A DNA stretch of 64,000 bases from Candidatus Latescibacterota bacterium (lineage in GTDB: Bacteria > Latescibacterota > UBA2968 > UBA8231), in assembly GCA_965200315.1 (NCBI GenBank), contig OZ241362.1, positions 1,088,001-1,152,000 on the forward strand. Reading direction: 5' to 3'. Shown here piece by piece: positions 1 to 8,322 of this stretch (position 1 is its first letter; the number at the start of each line of letters is the position of its first letter). The notes under the pieces are model-generated. The model was not told the origin of the DNA and did no database searches. It worked only from the letters and a program-made list of their open reading frames with translations. The position numbers were made by a program, and so were the translations under genes.

Positions 1-531
1 GAAGAGCCAGTCCACCGCCAGCGCGCCGCGCAAGCCCTCGGCTACATCGGCGACGAAGGCGCAGCGGCCGCCCTAGCCGACCTGCTCGAAGACCCCAGCA
101 ATCAGGTGCGCTTTAGCACGGCTGCCGCCTTGGCCACCATGGAGAGCAGCCGAGGCATTGAGTTCCTCTTTGAGGCCCTGCGCAACACCGACTCCATCCT
201 CCGCGCCAATGCCGTCAAGTTTCTCACCAATGTCCAGCAACAATCCGGCGCAGTCGAAGCGCAACTCATAGCTGCCCTCAACGACGAGGATCCGCTCGCC
301 CGCGCCGGCGCAGCACAAGTCTTGGGCCAAGCGCGCGTGCAATCCGCCCTCAGCGCCCTACTGGCGGCCACCGCGGACGAGGTCGCCGATGTACGCGCCA
401 ATGCCGTCATTGCCCTCGGCCACATCGGCGGCGACCAAAGCCGCGCCCTGCTCGAAAAATTGCGCCACGATAGCGACGCCACCGTTTCCTACTACGCCGA
501 GTGGGCCTTAGGTCAGCTCGGATCGAGTTGA
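1..531 (+). CDS. HEAT/PBS-lyase repeat protein (5'-truncated by window edge)
   Basis: Frame 1 open from base 1; repeated 'VRxxAAxALGxIG...L..LL.D' helices (EEPVHRQRAAQALGYIGD..., DVRANAVIALGHIGG). Confidence 0.85.
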   Translation, partial: EEPVHRQRAAQALGYIGDEGAAAALADLLEDPSNQVRFSTAAALATMESSRGIEFLFEALRNTDSILRANAVKFLTNVQQQSGAVEAQLIAALNDEDPLARAGAAQVLGQARVQSALSALLAATADEVADVRANAVIALGHIGGDQSRALLEKLRHDSDATVSYYAEWALGQLGSS

Positions 532-554
532 CCCTAACCCCCCTTTTTAGCGCC

Positions 555-1469
555 ATGCAAAATGCAATCTACCTGTTGTTCGTCCTCTTGGCCCTGCCGC
601 CGTTTGTCGCGCCCAGCCGCGCCGGCGAAACGCCCGAGACCCTCCTCATCCGCCAAGCCCTTGCCAACGACATCTCCGGGTATCGCCGGGCCGATGCCGA
701 GCTAGCCCTCAAGGCGTACCACCCGCATTTCGTCGCCTATGAAGGCCACGCCAACGGCGACCCTCGCGCTTGGACGATCCTGCATGAAAACCAAGATGCA
801 TTCGCCAGCCAGCTAGCGGAGGATCTCAGCGCTCAGCGCTACGAGGTCACGCGCACGGTCCCCTTTATCGCGGTGCGCACCACCCACGCCATTGCCACCA
901 GCGTGGATTCCGGGCGCGTCGTCGATCGCCAGACCAGCGAGGCCACGCCGGTTGTCGTCCACCGCTTCTGGACTTTTCTCAAGGAAGAGGACGATTGGCT
1001 GGCCACAGGCATGGTCGCGGATTTGGGCGACACGCTCTTGCCTGCGGCTGGCACCCCCGCCAACAGCGAGGTCGCCGAATTATTGCAGCGCGAAAGCCAA
1101 GCGTGGGAAGCCGGCAGCGGCATCCTCGGCTTCTTCGACGCCAACTTCACCGGCTACGAGGCCCTCGGCGCTTTCAAGCCAGCCTCCTACAAAATCGCCT
1201 TCAGCGGCAGCGAGGAACTGGAAAAGTGGCTCGACAAGCGACTGCCCTACGTGCAGTACGACCTCGACCGCAAAGTGCTCCACACGGACATTGGCCCTGC
1301 CGGTGACGAAGCATTGGCTGTCACGCACGAAAAAGTGGCCGTCGAGCACGTCAAAGGGCCAGCCAAACACCACAAGGAACGCTACGTGTTCTGGACGTTG
1401 AGCCGTCGCTCTGGCTCGTGGAAGATCACCAATATGGTCTTCAACTTGGGGCTGGAACCTTCCGACTAA
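555..1469 (+). CDS. Exported protein with two tandem NTF2/SnoaL-like (DUF4440-like) domains
   Basis: Signal peptide MQNAIYLLFVLLALPPFVAPSRA; two halves each ending in 'FWT(F/L)xxxxxxW(L/K)xT', typical of NTF2-like folds. Confidence 0.6.
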   Translation: MQNAIYLLFVLLALPPFVAPSRAGETPETLLIRQALANDISGYRRADAELALKAYHPHFVAYEGHANGDPRAWTILHENQDAFASQLAEDLSAQRYEVTRTVPFIAVRTTHAIATSVDSGRVVDRQTSEATPVVVHRFWTFLKEEDDWLATGMVADLGDTLLPAAGTPANSEVAELLQRESQAWEAGSGILGFFDANFTGYEALGAFKPASYKIAFSGSEELEKWLDKRLPYVQYDLDRKVLHTDIGPAGDEALAVTHEKVAVEHVKGPAKHHKERYVFWTLSRRSGSWKITNMVFNLGLEPSD

Positions 1470-1472
1470 CTC

Positions 1473-3344
1473 ATGGAAAAACTGGTCTGGCTACTCCTCT
1501 TTACCGTCGGCTACTGGTCGTACTGCATCTTCTGGGGAGTCAAAGGCGCCCGCCAGTCTAAGACGGCCTCGGATTACTTTATTGCTGGCCGCGGCATTGG
1601 CCTATGGGTCTTCGTGCTGGCCGCCACCGCCACCTCTTTTAGCGGCTGGACTTTTGTCGGCCATCCCGGCACCATCTACAACGTCGGCCTGCCCTATGCC
1701 TTTGCCTCCTTCTACGCCATCACCATCCCCTTCACCGGGGTGTTGTTCCTCAAGCGACAGTGGCTTTTGGGCCAGCGCTTTGGCTATATCACGCCGGGCG
1801 AGATGTTCAGCGACTACTACCGCACTGACGCGATGCGCTTCCTCACCGTCATCGTCGCGCTCGTCTTCAGCGTACCCTATCTCGGAATCCAGCTCAAGGC
1901 ATCGGGCCTGCTTTTCAATCGCCTGACGACCGGCACGCCGCTGGAGGGCAGCTTCATCGGCTCTGTCGAGGGTGGGGCCATTGCACTTTCGGTCATCGTC
2001 TTTATCTACGTAGCATCGGGCGGGTTGCGTTCGGTCGCCTACGTGGACTGCGCCCAGTGCATCCTCTTGGCGTTCGGCATCGTCGTCCTCGGCTTTATTG
2101 CCCTCGACTTGGTCGGTGGCTGGACGGCCTTCAAGGGGGGGTTGGCCGGCCTCGCCGAGCAAAAGCCCGACATGGTCGCCATTCCGACCCGACCGGAGTC
2201 AGACTCTTTTCTAGAGCGAGCCGGCACCCTGTTTTTCGACTCCCAAGGCGGTCCTTGGACCGGCCTGATGATCCTGACCTATATGTTTGCCTTGATGGGT
2301 ATCCAGTCGGCTCCGGCTTTTTCGATGTGGGCTTTTGCCAACCGCGACCCTCGGCCTTTTCCCTGGCAACAGGTTTTCGCCTCTTCGCTGGTCATTGGCG
2401 GCATCTTGTTCTTTTTTACGGCCTTTCAAGGCTTAGGCGTCCGGCTGCTCGATATGGAACTGGTCCCAGGGACTAAACCCCTCGGCCTGCCCGCATCCGA
2501 CCACTTGATTCCCTACCTGATCGACACCTTAGCCGACAGCTTTCCTTTCCTCTTGGGGCTTTTGGCCGTTTGCGCGCTAGCCGCGATGCAATCGACCGGA
2601 GCCGCCTATATGTCCACGGCCAGCGGCATTATCACCCGCGATCTCTACCGCCATTTCTTCAACAAAGAAGCATCGCACTCGGCCCAAGTCTTTGTCGGTC
2701 GCTTGAGCGTGGCCATCGTCGTCAGCCTAGCCCTGCTAGTCGGACTAGCTTCCGGCGACCTGCTCGTCTTGCTGGGGGGGTTGGCCGTTTCTTATGGGTT
2801 CCAGATGTGGCCGGCGCTTTTAGGCATCTGTTACATCCGCTTTTTTACCCCCAAGGCCATCGTCGCCGGACTCATCGGCGGACTCATCGCCGTTACCTTC
2901 ACCTATATAACCGAGCTCGGCGGACTCATCGGCATTGGTCGCTATCCGCTCACACTCCACAGCGCCGGTTGGGGCATCCTCTTTAATATGGGCATTGTCG
3001 TTGTCGTCAGTTTGTTCACCCAGCCCAAGGAAGCCAACCATCTGGCCCACCGCGATCGCTACCACCACTTCCTCCAAGCGCACACGGCCCTACCTGAAGC
3101 CAAAAAGAAGTGGAAAACGCCAGTCTGGATTCTGACGATAGTTTGGTTCCTCTGCGCCATCGGCCCCTTTGCCGTCTTAGGCAATCAAACCGATCCCGTC
3201 CATTGGCCCTTGGGCATCCCCACGCTGTGGATATGGCAGATAGCCTGGTGGATCATCGGCTGTTTTATGATGTATTTGTTGGCCTTTAAGCTGGAAATGT
3301 CCACCGTCCCCACCAGCGAGGTCGACTCGCCACAAGACGCCTGA
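1473..3344 (+). CDS. Sodium:solute symporter family protein
   Basis: DYFIAGR, ATATSFSGWTFVGHPG, GGLRSVAYVD and AAMQST motifs; about 15 hydrophobic segments. Confidence 0.92.
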   Translation: MEKLVWLLLFTVGYWSYCIFWGVKGARQSKTASDYFIAGRGIGLWVFVLAATATSFSGWTFVGHPGTIYNVGLPYAFASFYAITIPFTGVLFLKRQWLLGQRFGYITPGEMFSDYYRTDAMRFLTVIVALVFSVPYLGIQLKASGLLFNRLTTGTPLEGSFIGSVEGGAIALSVIVFIYVASGGLRSVAYVDCAQCILLAFGIVVLGFIALDLVGGWTAFKGGLAGLAEQKPDMVAIPTRPESDSFLERAGTLFFDSQGGPWTGLMILTYMFALMGIQSAPAFSMWAFANRDPRPFPWQQVFASSLVIGGILFFFTAFQGLGVRLLDMELVPGTKPLGLPASDHLIPYLIDTLADSFPFLLGLLAVCALAAMQSTGAAYMSTASGIITRDLYRHFFNKEASHSAQVFVGRLSVAIVVSLALLVGLASGDLLVLLGGLAVSYGFQMWPALLGICYIRFFTPKAIVAGLIGGLIAVTFTYITELGGLIGIGRYPLTLHSAGWGILFNMGIVVVVSLFTQPKEANHLAHRDRYHHFLQAHTALPEAKKKWKTPVWILTIVWFLCAIGPFAVLGNQTDPVHWPLGIPTLWIWQIAWWIIGCFMMYLLAFKLEMSTVPTSEVDSPQDA

Positions 3345-3445
3345 GAAGCCCTCTTAACACTCCTGTCAAACCACTCTGTGGGGCGGTCGAACATCTTGCG
3401 TATCCCGCGTTTTTCGCGGGCGAGACACCCTCGATCCCGGCGGCT

Positions 3446-5188
3446 ATGAACCGAGTCAGAGACCAAAATCCTAGTTTTAAGACGGCTTCTCAGGTGCGCT
3501 CCACCTTCCCTGTTCTCCGCTTGGTGCTAGCGCTGAGCGCGGCCCTGCTCGGTGCGCTGCTCCTGCCCGATCGAGACGCAACGAGTGGGCTAAGCCTCTT
3601 TCCACCCGCCGCGGCCATCCTCGTCGCAGTCGCCACCGGCCGCCTGATCTTGGGGTTAGGGTTGGCCATCGTCGGCGGTGCGTTCATTTCCCTGCCGCCA
3701 GACGTCCCCCTCTACGCGATCCCGTTGCGCGGCTTAGAGCGCGCCCTCATAGACTTTGTTTGGGCTCCGCTGCGCGACTCCTTCCAGCTCTTCATCCTCG
3801 GATTTACGGCCTCGCTCATCGGCATGGTGCGCGTCATCTCGCTGGCTGGCGGCACTCGCGGCATCGCCGAATTGTTGGTCGCCCGCGCCGCGGGTGTGCG
3901 CTCGGCCCGGCTGGCCACCGCACTATTGGGGCTGGCGGTCTTTTTCGACGATTACGCCAACACGCTCGTCGTCGGCACCACCATGCGCCCCATTGCCGAT
4001 CGCTTTCGCATCTCGCGTGAAAAGCTGGCCTTTCTCGTGGATTCTACGGCCGCCCCCGTGGCCGGCATTGCCGTCGTCAGCACTTGGATCGGCTTTGAGG
4101 TGGGCCTGTTCGACAGCGCGATGGAGCAAGTCGGCGCGGGGATTTCTGGCTATGAACTGTTCTTCCGCGCTTTGCCGGGCCGCTTCTACTGCCTGCTAAC
4201 CCTCGCCTTTGTGCTGTGCTCCACCGTCGCCGGCCGCGATTTTGGCCCCATGCTCAAAGCCGAGCGCCGCGCCCGGCGAACGGGTCAAGTCCTCGCCCCG
4301 GGAGACCGCCCGATGACCGGCGACGCATCCCAACTCCCCGAGCACCCTGGCCTTCGCGCCCATTGGGCCGTGGCCGCAAGTCCTGTCCTCCTCGTGGTCG
4401 CTGGCGTACTCGGCGGGATGCACCTAGACGCCAGCCAAGCCCCGGCCGTGGTGGCAGCCCGCGCCGAACACGGCTTTTTCGCCCGGCTCTACTGGACACA
4501 AGTTTTCGCCCACTCCGACGGCGCCAAAGTGATGTTCCTATCCGCCTTAGCTGGCTCGGTACTGGCCGCAATTTTGGCCCTAACCCGCCGCGAAGAAGCA
4601 AGCCCCAAACGCCCGCTCGGGCTCGTGGAAGTCTGCAAGACTTGGGCAAGCGGCATTACGGGCTTTTCCTATGCGCTGGTGATATTGATCTTGGCTTGGG
4701 CGATCAAGGAAACCTGCGAGGCCGTCGGGACTTCGGCCTATATCATCGGTGCGCTCTCCGGCTTTCTCGACCCGCACTTCCTCCCCCTCCTCGTCTTTCT
4801 ACTCGCCGCGGTGGTCGCCTTTTCCATCGGCACCTCGTGGACGACGATGGCCGTACTGTTGCCTACCATGGTCCCAGTAGCCTACGACTTGGGCGGCTTG
4901 GCACTGACGGTCCTCGTGGCCGCTGCCGTATTAGACGGCGCGATCTTCGGCGACCATTGCTCCCCCATCAGCGACACTACGGTTCTTTCCAGCATTGCCG
5001 CGGCCTGCAACCACTTAGCCCACGTTCGCACCCAGATACCCTACGCCCTGACGACGATGACGATCGCCGGGCTGTGCGGCTACTTGGGCAGCACTCTGCT
5101 GTGGTCGCCGACCACTGGCTTGGTCGTGGGGCTGTGCCTAGTTGTCGTGGTGATCTTTACTGTGGGAAGAAAAACGGATGCCGACTGA
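3446..5188 (+). CDS. Na+/H+ antiporter NhaC family protein
   Basis: FFDDYAN, SREKLAFLVDSTAAP, GTSWTT and GAIFGDHCSPISDTT motifs. Confidence 0.92.
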   Translation: MNRVRDQNPSFKTASQVRSTFPVLRLVLALSAALLGALLLPDRDATSGLSLFPPAAAILVAVATGRLILGLGLAIVGGAFISLPPDVPLYAIPLRGLERALIDFVWAPLRDSFQLFILGFTASLIGMVRVISLAGGTRGIAELLVARAAGVRSARLATALLGLAVFFDDYANTLVVGTTMRPIADRFRISREKLAFLVDSTAAPVAGIAVVSTWIGFEVGLFDSAMEQVGAGISGYELFFRALPGRFYCLLTLAFVLCSTVAGRDFGPMLKAERRARRTGQVLAPGDRPMTGDASQLPEHPGLRAHWAVAASPVLLVVAGVLGGMHLDASQAPAVVAARAEHGFFARLYWTQVFAHSDGAKVMFLSALAGSVLAAILALTRREEASPKRPLGLVEVCKTWASGITGFSYALVILILAWAIKETCEAVGTSAYIIGALSGFLDPHFLPLLVFLLAAVVAFSIGTSWTTMAVLLPTMVPVAYDLGGLALTVLVAAAVLDGAIFGDHCSPISDTTVLSSIAAACNHLAHVRTQIPYALTTMTIAGLCGYLGSTLLWSPTTGLVVGLCLVVVVIFTVGRKTDAD

Positions 5189-5689
5189 CTACCACCCCGC
5201 CGTCGTCCGATCCACCAATTCCTCTAACACCATGCCCAGTGCCCGCTCCACCGCTGGATCCCGCCCCTCCTCCTCGGTCGCCGCGGCATCGTAGGTTCCC
5301 CAACCCTCTAGCTCGGCCAACGCCAACAGCACCTCCCCATCCTCCACCCTCACCAACTCGGCTGCCACCAAGACCGCAAACCGGTATTGCTCGGTCTGCT
5401 CGGCCGTCGTATAGGTATCGGGGCGGTCCTCAATCGAGATCACGTTGAGCTGCAAGAGGGCATCGGCGCTTTCTTCATCAACCACTCGCAACTGGCCATC
5501 CTCGGTGTAGAGAGAATCGGCGAGTTCAGTCAGGCGCTCGGCCACGGCAAAGTCCGAGATCTGGTTGTCGGCCACGGGGATGCCAATGCTGCGGATGCCG
5601 CCCAGCAGGCCGCCGGAGGTCGAGTAATAAGCGCATCCGCCAATGCAGAACGCGGCCAGCACAGCTCTAATCGTCTGACTTGCTCGCAT
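5189..5689 (-). CDS. LptE-like lipoprotein (LPS assembly)
   Basis: Lipobox-like IGGC then 'Y..S.G...GIRSIGIP', 'L.VVDEESADALL' and C-terminal 'TTAGW', typical of Bacteroidota-type LptE homologues; start chosen at the last repeat ATG (5689). Confidence 0.75.
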   Translation of the reverse strand: MRASQTIRAVLAAFCIGGCAYYSTSGGLLGGIRSIGIPVADNQISDFAVAERLTELADSLYTEDGQLRVVDEESADALLQLNVISIEDRPDTYTTAEQTEQYRFAVLVAAELVRVEDGEVLLALAELEGWGTYDAAATEEEGRDPAVERALGMVLEELVDRTTAGW

Positions 5690-6278
5690 CGCCCTCGACC
5701 GCCGGCTTGCTCCCGTCCTCCTTAGCGGCCGGCTTGCTCGCATCGCCCTCGACCACCGGCTTGCTCCCGTCCTCCTTAGCGGCCGGCTTGCTCGCATCGC
5801 CCTCGACCACCGGCTTGCTCCCGTCCTCCTCAGCGGCCGGCTTGCTCGCATCGTCCTCGACCGCCGCCAACGACCGCGCTCCATCGCCCACGGCAATGGG
5901 CTGGTTCTGGGGGCGCCCCTGCACGTCGGTTCCTCGCACTTCCAGCCGCTGCCACTGCTCTTGGCCCGGGGCGCGAGCCACCGAGTGCTCAACCATCATC
6001 GCGCTCAAAGGCCGGGTATCGCCCACCACCGGCACCTCGCCTACGACCGGAGCGCGCACCGTACACAGGCGAGGTTGCACATGGGTGGCGACTACCCGCG
6101 CCTTGACCGCTTCCCAGCGGCCCAGAGGCTGCCCGCTGTCTGGGTCTGCGATCTCCCTGTGCAAGGCGAAAATGGCAAAGGCCATGCCTTCCTCGACGCC
6201 CTGCTCGCTACCGACGTTGAGTACCAGCGTTGTGTCGTCGATAATGGCGGCTACCTTACCTTCAATAGGCGTGCTCAT
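5667..6278 (-). CDS. Hypothetical protein with FlgT-C-like beta domain and acidic repeat tail
   Basis: GKVAAIIDDTTLVLNVGSEQGVEEGMAF...DPDSGQPLG resembles FlgT C-terminal-like domains; tail ASKPAAxEDGSKPVVEGD repeats. Confidence 0.6.
   Translation of the reverse strand: MSTPIEGKVAAIIDDTTLVLNVGSEQGVEEGMAFAIFALHREIADPDSGQPLGRWEAVKARVVATHVQPRLCTVRAPVVGEVPVVGDTRPLSAMMVEHSVARAPGQEQWQRLEVRGTDVQGRPQNQPIAVGDGARSLAAVEDDASKPAAEEDGSKPVVEGDASKPAAKEDGSKPVVEGDASKPAAKEDGSKPAVEGDASKSDD
5679..5866. repeat. 54-bp tandem repeat (about 3.5 copies, built from 27-bp subunits)
   Basis: cttgctcgcatcgccctcgacc(g/a)ccggcttgctcccgtcctcct(t/c)agcggccgg recurs at 5679, 5733, 5787 and 5841 (partial). Confidence 0.95.
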
Positions 6279-6292
6279 AGGGCTGTGCTCCG

Positions 6293-6327
6293 AAAAAAAG
6301 ACCGGCCCGCGTTTGCTGGACCGGTCT
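6293..6327 (-). terminator. Rho-independent terminator after M23 gene
   Basis: Hairpin agaccggcccgc/gctggaccggtct with A7 on + strand (U-tract on -). Confidence 0.65.
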
Positions 6328-6351
6328 CTAGATACTTGGTAGATGTTTGAA

Positions 6352-7377
6352 TCACTCGCTTGCGGCCCACATATAGTTCCCACTGTTGTCGAAGATAAAA
6401 TCTTCTGGATTCTGGTATCCTCGGTTCTTGCTCAACTGTTGATCTCGCAAGCGCACCGCGTAGTGGAGGTGGGGGCCAGTCGAACGGCCCGAGTTACCCA
6501 TCGTCCCGATCTGCTGCCTGCGCTTTATCTGCTGACCTTGCTTGACCATAATTCTATCCAAGTGGCCGTATTCGGTCTGGTAGCCGCCTTGGCGCGCATA
6601 GGGCTGGCCTTGCTCGTCGCGTTCCTTTTTTCGATGGGCAACAATAATCGTATTGCCGAGGTATTTATCCTTCCCGGCGTAGTGTACAAAACCATCCGCC
6701 GTCGCGTAGATGGGCGTTCCTTTGCGGCCAGCGAAATCGATGCCACGGTGGAAGGCCCGACGCCCGGTAAAGGGATCAATACGCCATCCAAAGGGCGACG
6801 ACAGCCACGCCTTCTGCTCGGGGACTGGTAAAATCGTGGGCAAGTATTGGACGTTCGTCTCTTCAAATTTGCGCTCGATTTCCTCAAAGCTCTCGGCCTG
6901 TAGGTTGACCATCCTCTTTAGGTAGTCGATGCGCGAGCCCAGCTCGCGCATCATCAAGCGCTTTTGCGGCGGCAAGGACGCGAATTCCTCGGACAAATCT
7001 TCCACGCCCCCGACGCCGCCCAATTCCCCATCCGCAGCGAGTGGCTCTATATCCAGAGGTTTCATCTCGTGGTGGGCGCGCAATCTATTTTCCGTGGCCC
7101 TGAGCTGATCCATGGCCTCCCCGAGTTGCTGTACTTCCTCTTGGGTCTGCTCTAAGCTGTGCAAGAGGTTTTTGTTTTCTTCCAGCAAGGCCAGCAGGGT
7201 TTTTTGATCGCTCGGTTGATGAAAGCCCTGTGTGTAGGCGTAATAACCACCACCCACAAAACCCAGCACGCCCAACAGAATCAACCCTAAGACGCGAGGA
7301 GAAAAACCGTACTCGCGGATCTGACCGTCGCGCGGGGAAATGACGATAAAAGTTCTGCGCTTACCTAGTATTTTCAT
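6352..7377 (-). CDS. M23 family metallopeptidase (N-terminal TM + coiled coil)
   Basis: HRGIDFA, YGHL and GRSTGPHLHY Zn motifs. Confidence 0.95.
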   Translation of the reverse strand: MKILGKRRTFIVISPRDGQIREYGFSPRVLGLILLGVLGFVGGGYYAYTQGFHQPSDQKTLLALLEENKNLLHSLEQTQEEVQQLGEAMDQLRATENRLRAHHEMKPLDIEPLAADGELGGVGGVEDLSEEFASLPPQKRLMMRELGSRIDYLKRMVNLQAESFEEIERKFEETNVQYLPTILPVPEQKAWLSSPFGWRIDPFTGRRAFHRGIDFAGRKGTPIYATADGFVHYAGKDKYLGNTIIVAHRKKERDEQGQPYARQGGYQTEYGHLDRIMVKQGQQIKRRQQIGTMGNSGRSTGPHLHYAVRLRDQQLSKNRGYQNPEDFIFDNSGNYMWAASE

Positions 7378-7522
7378 AAAAACTATATTCCTCTGTCTGC
7401 TAGGCTGATAGCAAATTTTGAGGTATTCGCTAAATTGTGCTATGTAATTGGATATTGTTTTTTGAGTTAAACCTATTCAAGTTATAGATACCACGACGGA
7501 AAGTCAATCGTCAAACTTCCCC

Positions 7523-8272
7523 ATGCTCTTGGCCATCGACGTCGGCAACACCTGCATCGACATCGGTCTTTTGGCCGGGGATGCGTTCGTTTTTCGCCAC
7601 AAATTCCCCACGGCCCCGCCAGCCGATACCGACCTACAACGCCTTTTAGCAACGCTTGCCACACCTCCGATTGGCGCGGTCATCGGGTCGGTCGTCGCAG
7701 AATTGGGGGCTGCATACGCAGCGGCCTGTCGCGACTTCTCCTCCGGCCCCACCCTCCAAGCGGGCAGCACGTGGGATTGGGGCCTACAAATCGACTACGA
7801 CGATCCCGCTCGGATTGGCATTGACCGCCTCGCTGCGGCCTCAGCCGCCCATCGCGCAGCCCCGGCTGGCCAAGCCGTTGTGGTCGCGGATGCTGGCACC
7901 GCGCTAACGGTCGATGCCATCGACGCCGAGGGCACCTTCCGCGGCGGTGTTATCACCCCAGGGCTGCGCCTCGGATTAAATGCCCTCAGCGCGGGCACCA
8001 GCTTCCTACCCCAAGTCGAGCTAACGGCCACAACGCCCTTGCTGGGCAAAAGCACCCCGGACGGCCTGCGCTCGGGGGCACTGCACGGGTCGGCCGCACT
8101 CATCGAGGGCCTCTGCAAGCGCATGGCCGCAGCCTTAGACACCCCCGTCGTAGTCTTCCTCACCGGCGGCGATGCCCCCCTGCTCTACCCTCATATCGCC
8201 GCGGTCCACACTTGCGATCCAGACCTCGTATTACGCGGTTTAGCCCTCGCCTACCGGCGGCGCACTGCTTGA
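7523..8272 (+). CDS. coaX: Type III pantothenate kinase
   Basis: LAIDVGNT, GIDR, DAGTALTVD, GGVITPG and LTGGDA motifs. Confidence 0.95.
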   Translation: MLLAIDVGNTCIDIGLLAGDAFVFRHKFPTAPPADTDLQRLLATLATPPIGAVIGSVVAELGAAYAAACRDFSSGPTLQAGSTWDWGLQIDYDDPARIGIDRLAAASAAHRAAPAGQAVVVADAGTALTVDAIDAEGTFRGGVITPGLRLGLNALSAGTSFLPQVELTATTPLLGKSTPDGLRSGALHGSAALIEGLCKRMAAALDTPVVVFLTGGDAPLLYPHIAAVHTCDPDLVLRGLALAYRRRTA

Positions 8273-8322
8273 CGCGGTACAGGCTCGTTAATTATTTATA
8301 TCTCCTTTTATATCTCTAAGTC

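Noticed and set aside
4216-5448. 410-aa Arg/Pro-rich ORF and many similar long alternative-frame ORFs (e.g. 14758-16368, 57345-58370, 61186-62220)
   Set aside because: Shadow frames of well-supported genes in GC-rich DNA; no motifs.
5679-5866. Possible CRISPR array
   Set aside because: No unique spacers, the period is a multiple of 3 within coding sequence, and there are no cas genes.
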